From Dehalococcoidia bacterium (lineage in GTDB: Bacteria > Chloroflexota > Dehalococcoidia > Lucifugimonadales > Australimonadaceae): DNA of 64,000 bases. Position numbers and translations under genes: made by a program. The notes under the pieces are model-generated. The model made no database searches and was not told where the DNA came from. It was given only the letters and a program-made list of their open reading frames with translations. The stretch is taken from contig CBDFHJ010000008.1 in the NCBI GenBank assembly GCA_965247635.1, forward strand, positions 252,381 to 316,380, written 5' to 3'. Position 1 is the stretch's first letter; the number at the start of each line of letters is the position of its first letter. Of this stretch, positions 55,489 through 64,000 are shown piece after piece.

Positions 55489-57217
55489 GGAGGTCCACGC
55501 CGCAGGTCAGGAGGGCCTGGATCTCGGCAAAGGTGGGCGTCCGGTCCCCGGAGACAACCTCCTCCAGGGCATCGACCCCTATGGCTTCTTGGAGGCACCC
55601 GAGCTGGGTGTCGGTGAGGTTGTGCTTCGGTGAATCGTCGTCACGATGCTGCCCCGATGAGCCGTCGTCAGAGCGACTCGGTATGTCGCCGGTGGGTATG
55701 GCCACGCCGCAGCCCACGAAGGCCTCTAGCTCAGCAGTGGTGGGGTGACGGGCCCCTGACGTAATCTCCGCCAGGACATCGGAGCCCAGAGCCTCCTCGA
55801 GACACGCCTTCTGTCCGTCGTCACGATGCTGCCCCGATGAGCCGTCATCAGAGCGACTAGCTCTATCGCCAATGGGCATGGTTACGTCACAGTTCGTGAG
55901 GGCTGCTTGTTCATCGGCGGTGGGGTGGCGGTCTCCGGACGCGATCTCCGCCAGGGCGTCGGAGCCCAGGGCGTCTTCGAGGCACTCCTTCTGTTCATCG
56001 TCAACGTGTTCCCTCGATGAATCGTTGTTGCGCGAGGTAGATATGTCCACCTCGCAGTCCACGAGGGCCTGCAGTTCGGCGGGAGTGGGAGGCCCTCCCT
56101 CATCGCTTCTCTGGAGGAAGTCGGGGCCCAGTACATCCAAGAGGCACTGGAGCTGACCCGGAGTGAGGTCGTGGCCTTCGCCGCCGCTGTCGTCGCCGAT
56201 GGGAATGGCTACGCCACAGTCCAACAGGGCCCGCAGCTCGGCGGGAGTGGGAGGATGGTCCTGATCGGTGCTCTGGAGGAAGTCGGGGCCCAGTGCATCC
56301 AAGAGGCACTGGAGCTGACCCGGAGTGAGGTCGTGGCCTTCGCCGCCGCCGGTGGGTATATCCACGCCGCAGTCCAGTAGGGCCTGCAGCACGGCGATGG
56401 AGGGCGCTGTGTCCCCGGAGCCCAGCTGAAAGTCAGGCCCTAAAGCGTCTACGAGGCACTGGAGCTGCGCGGAGGTGAAGTCGGGGCCGTCGCCATCACC
56501 GGTGGGTAGGTCCACCCCGCAGTCCAGCATGGCCTGCAACACCTCGAGGGGCGGCGCTTCGTCCGGCCCGTCGCCGAGCGCTAAGAGAACGCTGAGGTCC
56601 ACGGCTCCGGTCACGCACCGCAGTTGCGTTACGCTGATCTCCGCGTCTCCGAAAAAGCTTACGTCGGCCCGGGCGGCCTCCGCGTCGTTGAGGCAGAGGA
56701 GCACCGTGAGGATAATGGCTGCGCCACCTTCTATATCCTCACCTGGGCCAAAGGCTAGGGAGGCAAGGTCCGCGTCGGCCAATGAGTCCTGCATGCACGC
56801 GACGGTGGCATTACTCAGGGGTCCGAATTCGCTGGAGAGGCCCCCGATGACTATGCGAGACATCGACTCTCCGCTTAGGCAGCCGATCACGATGTCCTCG
56901 TGGTCCGAGGGAACGTCGTCTTCCGAGCCCAGCTGGAGGACCTGGTTGTAAGCCGCCTCTCCTAGCGCGTCTTGGATGCATTGCTGCTCGCTGGCGGGCA
57001 GCTGGCTGAGAATGTCTCCGATACTCGACGAGTCGCTCACAGAGAGCGGAGACAAGGGCGTTGGGGTAGAAGTTGGGTCCGCATCACTGCCGCACGCCAC
57101 GGCCATCAGGGCCAGCGTCAGCACCAAGGCGCCAATAATGGCTGGCAGCACCCTTCCGTGGATGCCAGAAGGGGCTTTCGTACTGTTTTCGCGCCTAGTT
57201 CTCTGGAGTAAAGACAC
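55481..57217 (-). CDS. acidic lipoprotein with nine Cys-pair helical repeats
   Basis: GGAGGT RBS plus GTG at 57217; AVAC lipobox; repeats of Q..CL..ALG...PT..E..AL..CGV. Confidence 0.8.
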   Translation of the reverse strand: MSLLQRTRRENSTKAPSGIHGRVLPAIIGALVLTLALMAVACGSDADPTSTPTPLSPLSVSDSSSIGDILSQLPASEQQCIQDALGEAAYNQVLQLGSEDDVPSDHEDIVIGCLSGESMSRIVIGGLSSEFGPLSNATVACMQDSLADADLASLAFGPGEDIEGGAAIILTVLLCLNDAEAARADVSFFGDAEISVTQLRCVTGAVDLSVLLALGDGPDEAPPLEVLQAMLDCGVDLPTGDGDGPDFTSAQLQCLVDALGPDFQLGSGDTAPSIAVLQALLDCGVDIPTGGGEGHDLTPGQLQCLLDALGPDFLQSTDQDHPPTPAELRALLDCGVAIPIGDDSGGEGHDLTPGQLQCLLDVLGPDFLQRSDEGGPPTPAELQALVDCEVDISTSRNNDSSREHVDDEQKECLEDALGSDALAEIASGDRHPTADEQAALTNCDVTMPIGDRASRSDDGSSGQHRDDGQKACLEEALGSDVLAEITSGARHPTTAELEAFVGCGVAIPTGDIPSRSDDGSSGQHRDDDSPKHNLTDTQLGCLQEAIGVDALEEVVSGDRTPTFAEIQALLTCGVDLPR

Positions 57218-57297
57218 CGTTACCTCCGCAGGCTCAAACGCATAATAAATTGGTCGTGTCGTCAGTAGAAGTCGTTGGGTGCGGCTACTCCCTGGGC

Positions 57298-57714
57298 CTA
57301 GCTTCCCGAGACCGCCCCGAGCTGCTGCATGAGCCCCATCATATCCATGCTCTCCCAATGCTCTACGACCTTGCCATCCTGAATCCGGTCGATCTCGATT
57401 CCTTCTATTGCTATCTGCTTACCGGTAGCGGCAATGCCCATGAAGTCGCCCTGGTGTGTGCCGCGCGTGGTGTACCGGACCGCCACCCTATCCCCTTCGG
57501 CTATGAGGTCCTCAAGCGTGCCGTTCAGGTCGGGGAATGCGGTGCGGAACATGGTCAGCATTTGCTTGATCCCCTCAGGGCCGGAAGGGAGTCCGGGTGG
57601 AGCCGAGTGATCGACAACAGAAGGTGAGGTGAGCTCGTCTATGACGCTCAGGTCCCCCTTGTTGATGACCTCATCTATGAACCGGCGAACGAGGGCCTTG
57701 TTCTCTTCAGACAT
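57298..57714 (-). CDS. SnoaL-like ester cyclase
   Basis: EENKALVRRF, AFPDL, AEGDRV, GTHQGDFMGI and EHW motifs. Confidence 0.93.
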   Translation of the reverse strand: MSEENKALVRRFIDEVINKGDLSVIDELTSPSVVDHSAPPGLPSGPEGIKQMLTMFRTAFPDLNGTLEDLIAEGDRVAVRYTTRGTHQGDFMGIAATGKQIAIEGIEIDRIQDGKVVEHWESMDMMGLMQQLGAVSGS

Positions 57715-57812
57715 GGCGTATCCTCCTCCTGCGAATGCCCTCCCCCTTGGCGGGGGAGGAGGCGGTACTCCAGTACGGATGCAGGCCTAGCAACGAGCGC
57801 TAGGCCTGGCGC

Positions 57813-57841
57813 ATTGTAAGGCTGCCCCAAGGGGAGGTCAA
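57813..57841 (-). promoter_or_regulatory. sigma70 promoter
   Basis: TTGACC-17 bp-TACAAT on the minus strand. Confidence 0.7.
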
Positions 57842-58122
57842 CGGGTGCCGAAGGGGTAGGCGGCGAGATTCCTCGCCCGCCTTTCGCGGACTCGGAATCT
57901 TCGATGTACTGAACATGGCACCGGAGAGGATGAAAATGCGGCTCCACGAGAGTCCCTTCCCTCTCGATGGGGAAGGCCAGGATGTCCCGACGTGTCGGGA
58001 CAACTGAGGAGTGATAAATTAAGGGCTCAGCGCGCCGGCCACAGGTTGGCCTTTCTCAGCGCTGCTCAGAACGACGTGTGGGGGTGCCGGGCGCACGCAC
58101 GGCTACGCAGTGGAGGGCCCGC

Positions 58123-58551
58123 TTACGCGCCTGGCGTGGGGATGGCGTCGATCTGCTGCAACATACCGAGCTGGTCAAAGACGCCCCAATGGTCGGTGCA
58201 CTTGCCCTCGACGATGCGAAACACGTCCATGCCTTCAATTTCGACGGTCTTGCCGGTGGGAGCTATGCCCATGAATTCGCCCTGGTGCGTGCCTCGAAAC
58301 GTCTTGTGCGTGACGACCCTATCCCCTTCGGCGACCTGATTGTTGATAGTAGCGCGGACGTCGGGGAAGGCCACGAACATCATGCCGAGGAACGCTTTGA
58401 AGCCCTCGACGCCGGGCGGCAGAGATACGCCCGTCGCCTCGCTATGGTTGACGATGTCGGGGGCGAACAGCTCGTCTAGCACGTCGAGTTTGTGCTGGCT
58501 CTGGACCTCATCAACGAAACGGCGAACGATAGCCTTGTTCTCTTCGGACAA
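58123..58551 (-). CDS. SnoaL-like ester cyclase (paralog)
   Basis: EENKAIVRRF, AFPDV and GTHQGEFMGIAPTGK motifs. Confidence 0.93.
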   Translation of the reverse strand: MSEENKAIVRRFVDEVQSQHKLDVLDELFAPDIVNHSEATGVSLPPGVEGFKAFLGMMFVAFPDVRATINNQVAEGDRVVTHKTFRGTHQGEFMGIAPTGKTVEIEGMDVFRIVEGKCTDHWGVFDQLGMLQQIDAIPTPGA

Positions 58552-58590
58552 GGTACACCTCTTCAACGTGAAGGACTGAGCTTAGCCGGG

Positions 58591-58887
58591 CTACTTAAGC
58601 TCCACCAAGATGACGTGGAGGTCCGAATCGCCGATGTTCTCGGTGGCGTGCTCCGTGGCGTCCATGTGCATGGCCGTGCCGTCGGGTAGATCCGCCTCCA
58701 TGGTCTCACCGTTGGGAGAGGTGAAGCGGACCTTGCCGCCCTGCAGGGCGTAGGCGACCACCGCTGGATGGCCGTGCATTTCCGTCTTGTCACCGGGCTT
58801 CATGGTGGTGTCGAGCACCCGGACTTGGTCGTTCTCCAGGATGGGCTTGTAGACGTGGGGCGCGATCTTCACTGCGTCTTCGGCCAT
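58591..58887 (-). CDS. cupin domain protein
   Basis: LENDQVRVL, MHGHP, HATENIG and VELK motifs. Confidence 0.88.
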   Translation of the reverse strand: MAEDAVKIAPHVYKPILENDQVRVLDTTMKPGDKTEMHGHPAVVAYALQGGKVRFTSPNGETMEADLPDGTAMHMDATEHATENIGDSDLHVILVELK

Positions 58888-59007
58888 GGCGTGCTTCCCT
58901 CCTTGACTGAGCTTTGTGGGACCCGACGTGTCGGGGCGCGGAGGCAAGGATAGGGCGGCGTCGACGGGGCGTCAAGCCGCGAGGTGGGGGGGTTGGCACC
59001 GGGACCG

Positions 59008-60081
59008 CTACGGCACCAATTCGCCGTGGGTTCGGATGATCCTTTCGAACTCGTCTAGCACGAACCGCCCCAGCCGTTGCTGCGTGGCGATGGCCGTGGG
59101 GTTAGTCTCATCAGCGTCACCTATAACGACGATGTTCTCGTCGTTCAGCGCGGTGGCTGGCTGGGTGTAATTGAAGCTGCCAGCGATGACCACCTGACCA
59201 TCGATGACCATCAGTTTGTGGTGCAGTTTGTTGAGGCCTCCGGTGTGTCGAGCCAGATACAGCTCGACGCCGTTACTACTCAAAGGACGCGTCGCCGCCC
59301 ACCGCTGGTTCCCCTGGGCGGAGTCGATGACCCCCCTCACCTGGAGCCCGGCGCGACGCAGCGCGATCATGGCGTCGTCGATGCCTGAAGACTGGGAGAA
59401 GGTGAATACGGCGAAGTCGACTCGCTGTTTGGCCTTGAGCATCTGCTTCATAATTTCCATCTCGGGAGCGTGGTCCGGCGCAAAGAGCACTTTCACCTTT
59501 ACCTTTGAGACGGTGTAGGTCCGGGGGCTCGGGTCATGACGCATGCGCGTTTGCCCGAACGTTCCCTTCCAGAGCTCTTCGAACTCATCACTGTAGACGC
59601 CGGCTGTGCGCTTACCTTTCACGATCAACACGTGATTGAGGTTGGTGTTCGTCCCCGACGGCGTGAAGTTGGTTGACCCGGTGCGGACCGCGGCCCTTGT
59701 GCTGGTGTCGGCGTCGCGCACGATGAATTTCTGATGGAAGATCTGCGGATTCAGGTCGCTGACGATTGGCACTTTGGCGCGGAGGAGGGCGGCGTACGTC
59801 TCGCGGTTCGATTCGTTCTGCCCGCCAGGCGTCCACGGATCGGTGAGCGCGGTGCGCAAAGTAAGGTATGCGCCCTCGAGTACGACACGCACGCTCACGC
59901 CGCGGCGACGCGCTGCGATGATCGCTTCCGCGATGGGTCGGGATTCGAGCTCCTGGACGGCGACATCCAGGGTGTTCCGTGCCCTTCCGATGAAGTCGAC
60001 GATAACTTGTTCCAAGTCATCTTGAGCACCCAGGGCCCGCGGCCCCATGTACATCTCGATGCTGCCAACATCGATGGCCAT
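59008..60081 (-). CDS. phospholipase D-family protein with two HKD motifs
   Basis: HQKFIVRD...GSTNFT and HHKLMVID...GSFNYT. Confidence 0.9.
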   Translation of the reverse strand: MAIDVGSIEMYMGPRALGAQDDLEQVIVDFIGRARNTLDVAVQELESRPIAEAIIAARRRGVSVRVVLEGAYLTLRTALTDPWTPGGQNESNRETYAALLRAKVPIVSDLNPQIFHQKFIVRDADTSTRAAVRTGSTNFTPSGTNTNLNHVLIVKGKRTAGVYSDEFEELWKGTFGQTRMRHDPSPRTYTVSKVKVKVLFAPDHAPEMEIMKQMLKAKQRVDFAVFTFSQSSGIDDAMIALRRAGLQVRGVIDSAQGNQRWAATRPLSSNGVELYLARHTGGLNKLHHKLMVIDGQVVIAGSFNYTQPATALNDENIVVIGDADETNPTAIATQQRLGRFVLDEFERIIRTHGELVP

Positions 60082-60138
60082 CCCTACTTCCTTTTCTTAC
60101 AGGGCACTGGGGGACTGCTTTCAAAAGAGCGCTGTCGC

Positions 60139-61272
60139 TCACCACTGAACGAACATGGGCATGACGACGTGGACGTAGTTATCGCCGTCCACCGGCCTGA
60201 TGACGCCGGGGCTGGAGGAGGTGGTCATCTCCAGGGCTACTTTGTCCTTGCCGATGACCGCCAGCACGTCGCTGAGGTAGCGGCTGTTGAAGGCGATCTT
60301 GCCGTCGGCACCCTCGACCTCCGCCTCGATGTCGCCCGTGTTCTCACCCACCTCCTCGGCGCGCGAGGAGATGATGAGCTTGCCGGGCTGTCCGCCGGCC
60401 TCGGTGGCCATCTGGAGCCGGATGATGCCGCTGCCGTCCTTGGCGAAGATGGAAGCGGTCCGGGTGGCCCGCTGGAGGTCGCCCAGGTCCACCACCGCCC
60501 GCGTGTCGTGCTTGTCTGGAATAAGCTGGTTGTAGTTGGGGAAGGTGCCCTGGATAAGCTGGGACACGATCTCGATGTCCTTCATCCGAAAAAGGATCTG
60601 GCTGCGCTGAGGAGTCACAACCACGTCGATGGGCTCCTGTTGGCCTTCGATGAGCCGCTCCACCTCCTGCAGCGTCCTGGCCGGAATGATGACCGACAGC
60701 GGCTCCTCCACCGGCTTGAGCAAAGTGCTCTCGTGGACGGCCAGCCGGAAGCCGTCGGCCGCGGCCAAGGTGAGCTTCTCGCCTTCCATATTGAGGCTCA
60801 CGCCGGTCAGGACGGGGCGCGAGTCCTCGACGGCGGCGGCGAAGACGACGTGGTGGATGGCGTCGCGCAGCTCTTGCGGTCCGAGCTGAGTGGCCACGCC
60901 CTCGTCAACGGCCGGGATGGGCGGGAACTCGTTGGGATCGGCGCCGTTGATGCGGGCCTCGACGCGGGCGCAGTGCAGTTCTAGGAGCTTGGTGTCGGCG
61001 GCGGTGCGCGCGGTGATGTTGTCACGGGACAGCGAGTTCACAAAGTCGGTGAGCAGGCGCGCCGGCACCGTGACGGCGCCCTCCTCCTCAACCTGCGCGC
61101 CGATCCAGGTGGTGATGGCTATCTCCAGGTTCGTGGCGGAGAGTTTGAGGCGCGATGCGTCGGTGGCGAACAGGACGTGCTGGGTGATTGGGAGGGTGGT
61201 TCGCGTGGCCACCGCCCTACCCACCACGCTCAGTCCATGGCTCAGGTTCTCTTGGAGACAGCTCAGCTGCAT
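60139..61272 (-). CDS. dnaN: DNA polymerase III beta sliding clamp
   Basis: ATNLEI, VPARL, SRPVLTG, AADGFRLA, GTFPNY and VVMPM motifs. Confidence 0.96.
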   Translation of the reverse strand: MQLSCLQENLSHGLSVVGRAVATRTTLPITQHVLFATDASRLKLSATNLEIAITTWIGAQVEEEGAVTVPARLLTDFVNSLSRDNITARTAADTKLLELHCARVEARINGADPNEFPPIPAVDEGVATQLGPQELRDAIHHVVFAAAVEDSRPVLTGVSLNMEGEKLTLAAADGFRLAVHESTLLKPVEEPLSVIIPARTLQEVERLIEGQQEPIDVVVTPQRSQILFRMKDIEIVSQLIQGTFPNYNQLIPDKHDTRAVVDLGDLQRATRTASIFAKDGSGIIRLQMATEAGGQPGKLIISSRAEEVGENTGDIEAEVEGADGKIAFNSRYLSDVLAVIGKDKVALEMTTSSSPGVIRPVDGDNYVHVVMPMFVQW

Positions 61273-61465
61273 AGGGCCACCTCGTGGGCTTAAAAAAGGG
61301 GTGTTGATTCAGGCGACAGTATAGGGTTGGGGTGACGAAGGGTCAACGGCGAGCGGGCCTTTGCCGCGCGACTTTACCCAAGCAAACCGAACGGAAAAGC
61401 GACGCGTTGCGGGACGACGCGGCGGACCAACTGTGAGGGGCCAGTGCGAGCGTTGCGTGGAGAGG

Positions 61466-61972
61466 CTATTGGAGGGTGAGTAGGTAGTCCACGAGAGCGT
61501 CGATTTGCTCCTCGGAGAAGAGCTCACCGAAGGTCGGGATCATGGTGTCGGAGGGGCACGGACCACCGGGACAATCGGTGGCGATGACAGCGTTGGGGAA
61601 CATAATGGACTCCCTGAGGTACTCCTCGCCTTTGAGGCCGACCTGAGAGAGGTTCGGGCCTACCTGTCCCCCGGCCAGGGGCTCGTCGTCAATGGTATGG
61701 CAGATAAAGCAGGTGCCCTGGCCCAGGAAGATCGAGCGGCCGTCGGTGTCTCCATCGTTACCCGAGCCACCGTTACCGCCTCCATTCGACGGCGCCAGAG
61801 TGGGAGTGGGGGTCGGGAGTGGAGTCCCTTCAGTGGTACACGGAACGGCCACAAGCTGGCCGTCCTCGGGTGCAAGGCAGTCGCCTTCGGCCAGTGCCTC
61901 GCCGCAGGCTACGGCCACGAAGAGAAGGCCGAAGAGGGCGATTCCCAGCAGGGCGGGCGTTGGTAGGCGCAC
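61466..61972 (-). CDS. monoheme c-type cytochrome lipoprotein
   Basis: AVAC lipobox, CFICH, GPNL, YLRESI..P and a distal Met. Confidence 0.88.
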   Translation of the reverse strand: MRLPTPALLGIALFGLLFVAVACGEALAEGDCLAPEDGQLVAVPCTTEGTPLPTPTPTLAPSNGGGNGGSGNDGDTDGRSIFLGQGTCFICHTIDDEPLAGGQVGPNLSQVGLKGEEYLRESIMFPNAVIATDCPGGPCPSDTMIPTFGELFSEEQIDALVDYLLTLQ

Positions 61973-62218
61973 CGGCGCTCCCGTGAGTGAAATCGGCGCA
62001 AAGGACGGGGCCCACCCGCAGGAGAACCCCGTTTGCTTGGCTCTGCGCCGCTACGTGTGGCCGTAAGGTCTTGTATCACGGGGACGATGGCCTGTCAAGA
62101 CGATAGGCCACCACCGCGTCGACACGGTGGCGCAGGCATGGGTGCCAATCCCTCACCACCGTGAAGTCGAATGAAAAATACACACTCCGGTGTACAGTAG
62201 CACCGTTGTGGTGTCGCC

Positions 62219-62443
62219 CTAGCTGGTCCGCTTGACCTCGAGCGATTCGCCCGGGGCCAAGGCCACGCGCCGGACGTTGATGCCCAGCTTGAGGAGCCAG
62301 TATCCCAGGGTAGCCTTGCTCACTTCTAGGGAGAGAGCGGTGGACGAGAGACCACGGTCGTTGATCATCTCAGGCAACAGCCGCTCCAAGGGCTGCTGAT
62401 ACCGCTCCTCGACCTGTTGCATCAGACGGGTCTTTCGCGCCAT
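62219..62443 (-). CDS. small HTH-like hypothetical protein (74 aa)
   Basis: GAGGAGG RBS; GLSSTALSLEVSKATLGYWLLKLGI helix-turn-helix pattern. Confidence 0.8.
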   Translation of the reverse strand: MARKTRLMQQVEERYQQPLERLLPEMINDRGLSSTALSLEVSKATLGYWLLKLGINVRRVALAPGESLEVKRTS

Positions 62444-62482
62444 GCGACCCCCTCCTCTTGCGACAGTTCTAAGATTTCTCCG

Positions 62483-62552
62483 AAAATAACATATGTTGAA
62501 ATTGTTGTCAATACCTTTGCTATACTTTGTCCTAAATTCTGGTTGGTACAAT
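62483..62552. promoter_or_regulatory. AT-rich divergent promoter region
   Basis: Minus strand TTGACA-17 bp-TATTTT; plus strand TGnTATACT (62518-62526) and TGnTACAAT (62544-62552); palindrome AACATATGTT. Confidence 0.6.
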
Positions 62553-62658
62553 GGATAGGATTAGTTTGAGAAACGTTCAGAACGCTCACGGCATACCCTT
62601 TCTGGTATCCTTATTTGGCGCATGGAGAAGCCCGGCCTGGGCTGCCTGGGGACTTGAT

Positions 62659-62740
62659 TGTCATGCCGAGCGGACCGAAGTGCCTCTTAAGAAAGTAGTG
62701 AGCGACGCTTCGCCCGCCTTCGGCTCCCTCAGAGTGCCAA
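62659..62740. repeat. degenerate TGTCAT..CGAGC...GCTTCG...CTCAG palindromic element
   Basis: TGTCATGCCGAGCGGACCGAAG ... GACGCTTCG...CTCAGAGTGCCA. Confidence 0.5.
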
Positions 62741-62802
62741 ACAGCCTCCTCTGAGCTGGGTCCCAAGACCTGGACAGCCGTCGGACCGTTTGAAGGACCC
62801 CT

Positions 62803-63273
62803 ATGCCCGACGAACTCGTCACTTTCCTGACCTCGATGACGCCGATAGGCGAGCTGCGGGCGTCCATCCCCCTGGGCCTGGTGACCTTCGACATGCCCAT
62901 ATGGTCTACGTTCCTGCTCTCCGTCACCGGCAATATGGTCCCGGTCCCGTTCCTCATACTCCTCCTGCGCAAGGTAGGGACCTGGCTGGAACGGCAGGAC
63001 AACCCGCTGGGAGCGTTGCTGCGGTGGCGGACGAATAACGTCCGGTCGCGGTATGGGCCACGGCTGGCCCGCTATGGTCCGATGGCCCTGGTGTTGCTGG
63101 TGGCCATTCCGCTGCCGGTGACGGGGGCTTGGACGGGGTCGCTGGCGGTCTGGGCGCTCCATATGCCGCTCCGGCAGGGCCTAGCGGCGATAGCCGCCGG
63201 AGTACTGATCGCCGGTGGTGTGGTTACCGGCCTGTCCGTGGCGGGAATAGAGCTGTTCTCGCAGTTGGCGTAA
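62803..63273 (+). CDS. small multi-drug export family membrane protein
   Basis: PIGELRASIP, GNMVPVP and VAIPLPVTGAWTG motifs. Confidence 0.9.
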   Translation: MPDELVTFLTSMTPIGELRASIPLGLVTFDMPIWSTFLLSVTGNMVPVPFLILLLRKVGTWLERQDNPLGALLRWRTNNVRSRYGPRLARYGPMALVLLVAIPLPVTGAWTGSLAVWALHMPLRQGLAAIAAGVLIAGGVVTGLSVAGIELFSQLA

Positions 63274-63342
63274 GGAGGAGGCGGGCCGCCTGCGGGCGTG
63301 GCGGAGTGCGGTACAATAAGGACGTCGTCAGGGAGGGGTGCC

Positions 63343-63831
63343 ATGAGCCTTTGGGACCGGGTCCGCAGGAACCACGCTCTGGAGCACGGGACTATCACGC
63401 TGCTGCTTCAACGAGCGCCCTTGCACCGGGTGGTGGCGGGCAACGCCATGCCGGGCGGCTTCTTCGTGTACGGGGACGTGCCGACCGAGACGCTGGGCGC
63501 GTGCGCCACCGACGCCATGGAGCGGATGCGCCAGGGCGAACGGGACCTGGCCGTCTCGCCGTTCTGCGGCACCAACATCGTGGTGGCGGCGGCCCTGGCC
63601 ACGGTGGGCACGCTGGCGGCCCTGCACTTCTCCGGCCGCGGGCCGAGCGGATGGGCCCGGGCGTTCTCCAACGCTATCTGGGCGCTGGTGCTGGCCCGGC
63701 CACTCGGAGGGGCCATCCAGCGTCGCTACACGACCCTGGCGGAGATGGAAGGGATGGCGATCAAAGGCGTTTCCCGGTGGCAGTTGGGCCCAGTGGTCGC
63801 CCACTGGGTGTCTACGTCGCAGGAGGGATAG
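63343..63831 (+). CDS. DUF6391-like protein
   Basis: RRNHALEHGTI and LAVSPFCGTN motifs. Confidence 0.75.
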   Translation: MSLWDRVRRNHALEHGTITLLLQRAPLHRVVAGNAMPGGFFVYGDVPTETLGACATDAMERMRQGERDLAVSPFCGTNIVVAAALATVGTLAALHFSGRGPSGWARAFSNAIWALVLARPLGGAIQRRYTTLAEMEGMAIKGVSRWQLGPVVAHWVSTSQEG

Positions 63832-63890
63832 CGTCTTATCCCTCACCCCCTGCTCTCCCCCACCAAGGGAGAGGGAGTAACAGTGGGCGC

Positions 63891-63966
63891 GTCCCAGTAG
63901 CTCAGTGGACAGAGCGGCTGCCTTCTAAGCAGCGGGTCGCGGGTTCGAATCCCGCCTGGGGCGCCA
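63891..63966 (+). tRNA. tRNA-Arg(TCT)
   Basis: Acceptor stem GTCCCAG/CTGGGGC, D arm TAGCTCAGTGGACAGAGC, anticodon arm GCTGC-CTTCTAA-GCAGC, GGTTCGAATC T loop, encoded CCA. Confidence 0.97.
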
Positions 63967-64000
63967 AGCTCGTGACGAAGCCGTAAACGGCGAAAAGCGC

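Noticed and set aside
61273-62800. oriC near dnaN
   Set aside because: No dnaA and no TTATCCACA-type box cluster seen; the AT-rich patch is explained by promoters.

Overview
High-GC bacterial chromosomal segment, most consistent with a Chloroflexota (Dehalococcoidia/SAR202-like) genome; this is inferred from gene content and style, not from a database search. It carries housekeeping genes (ilvB, glnA, fabF, recJ, lgt, xerD, uvrC, modABC, dnaN, tRNA-Arg(TCT)), catabolic genes (two LigB-type dioxygenases, an alpha/beta hydrolase with an MFS transporter, a GH15 enzyme) and several large lipoproteins. One IS256 element with 26-bp TIRs and an 8-bp TSD splits an adenylate cyclase gene. Three genes carry +1 homopolymer frameshifts. 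The most unusual signal is a set of short palindromic elements nested inside one another. These include an exactly 60-bp double-hairpin module found twice 3' of CCCTG without a target duplication, hairpins flanked by 9-bp direct repeats upstream of uvrC, and copies translated in frame inside uvrC and modC. Other candidates are an ilvB attenuator with no leader peptide, an orphan structured RNA with its own terminator, a cyclic-nucleotide writer/eraser/reader cluster, several degenerate enzymes and a lipoprotein built from nine Cys-pair repeats. No CRISPR array or rRNA gene was seen.
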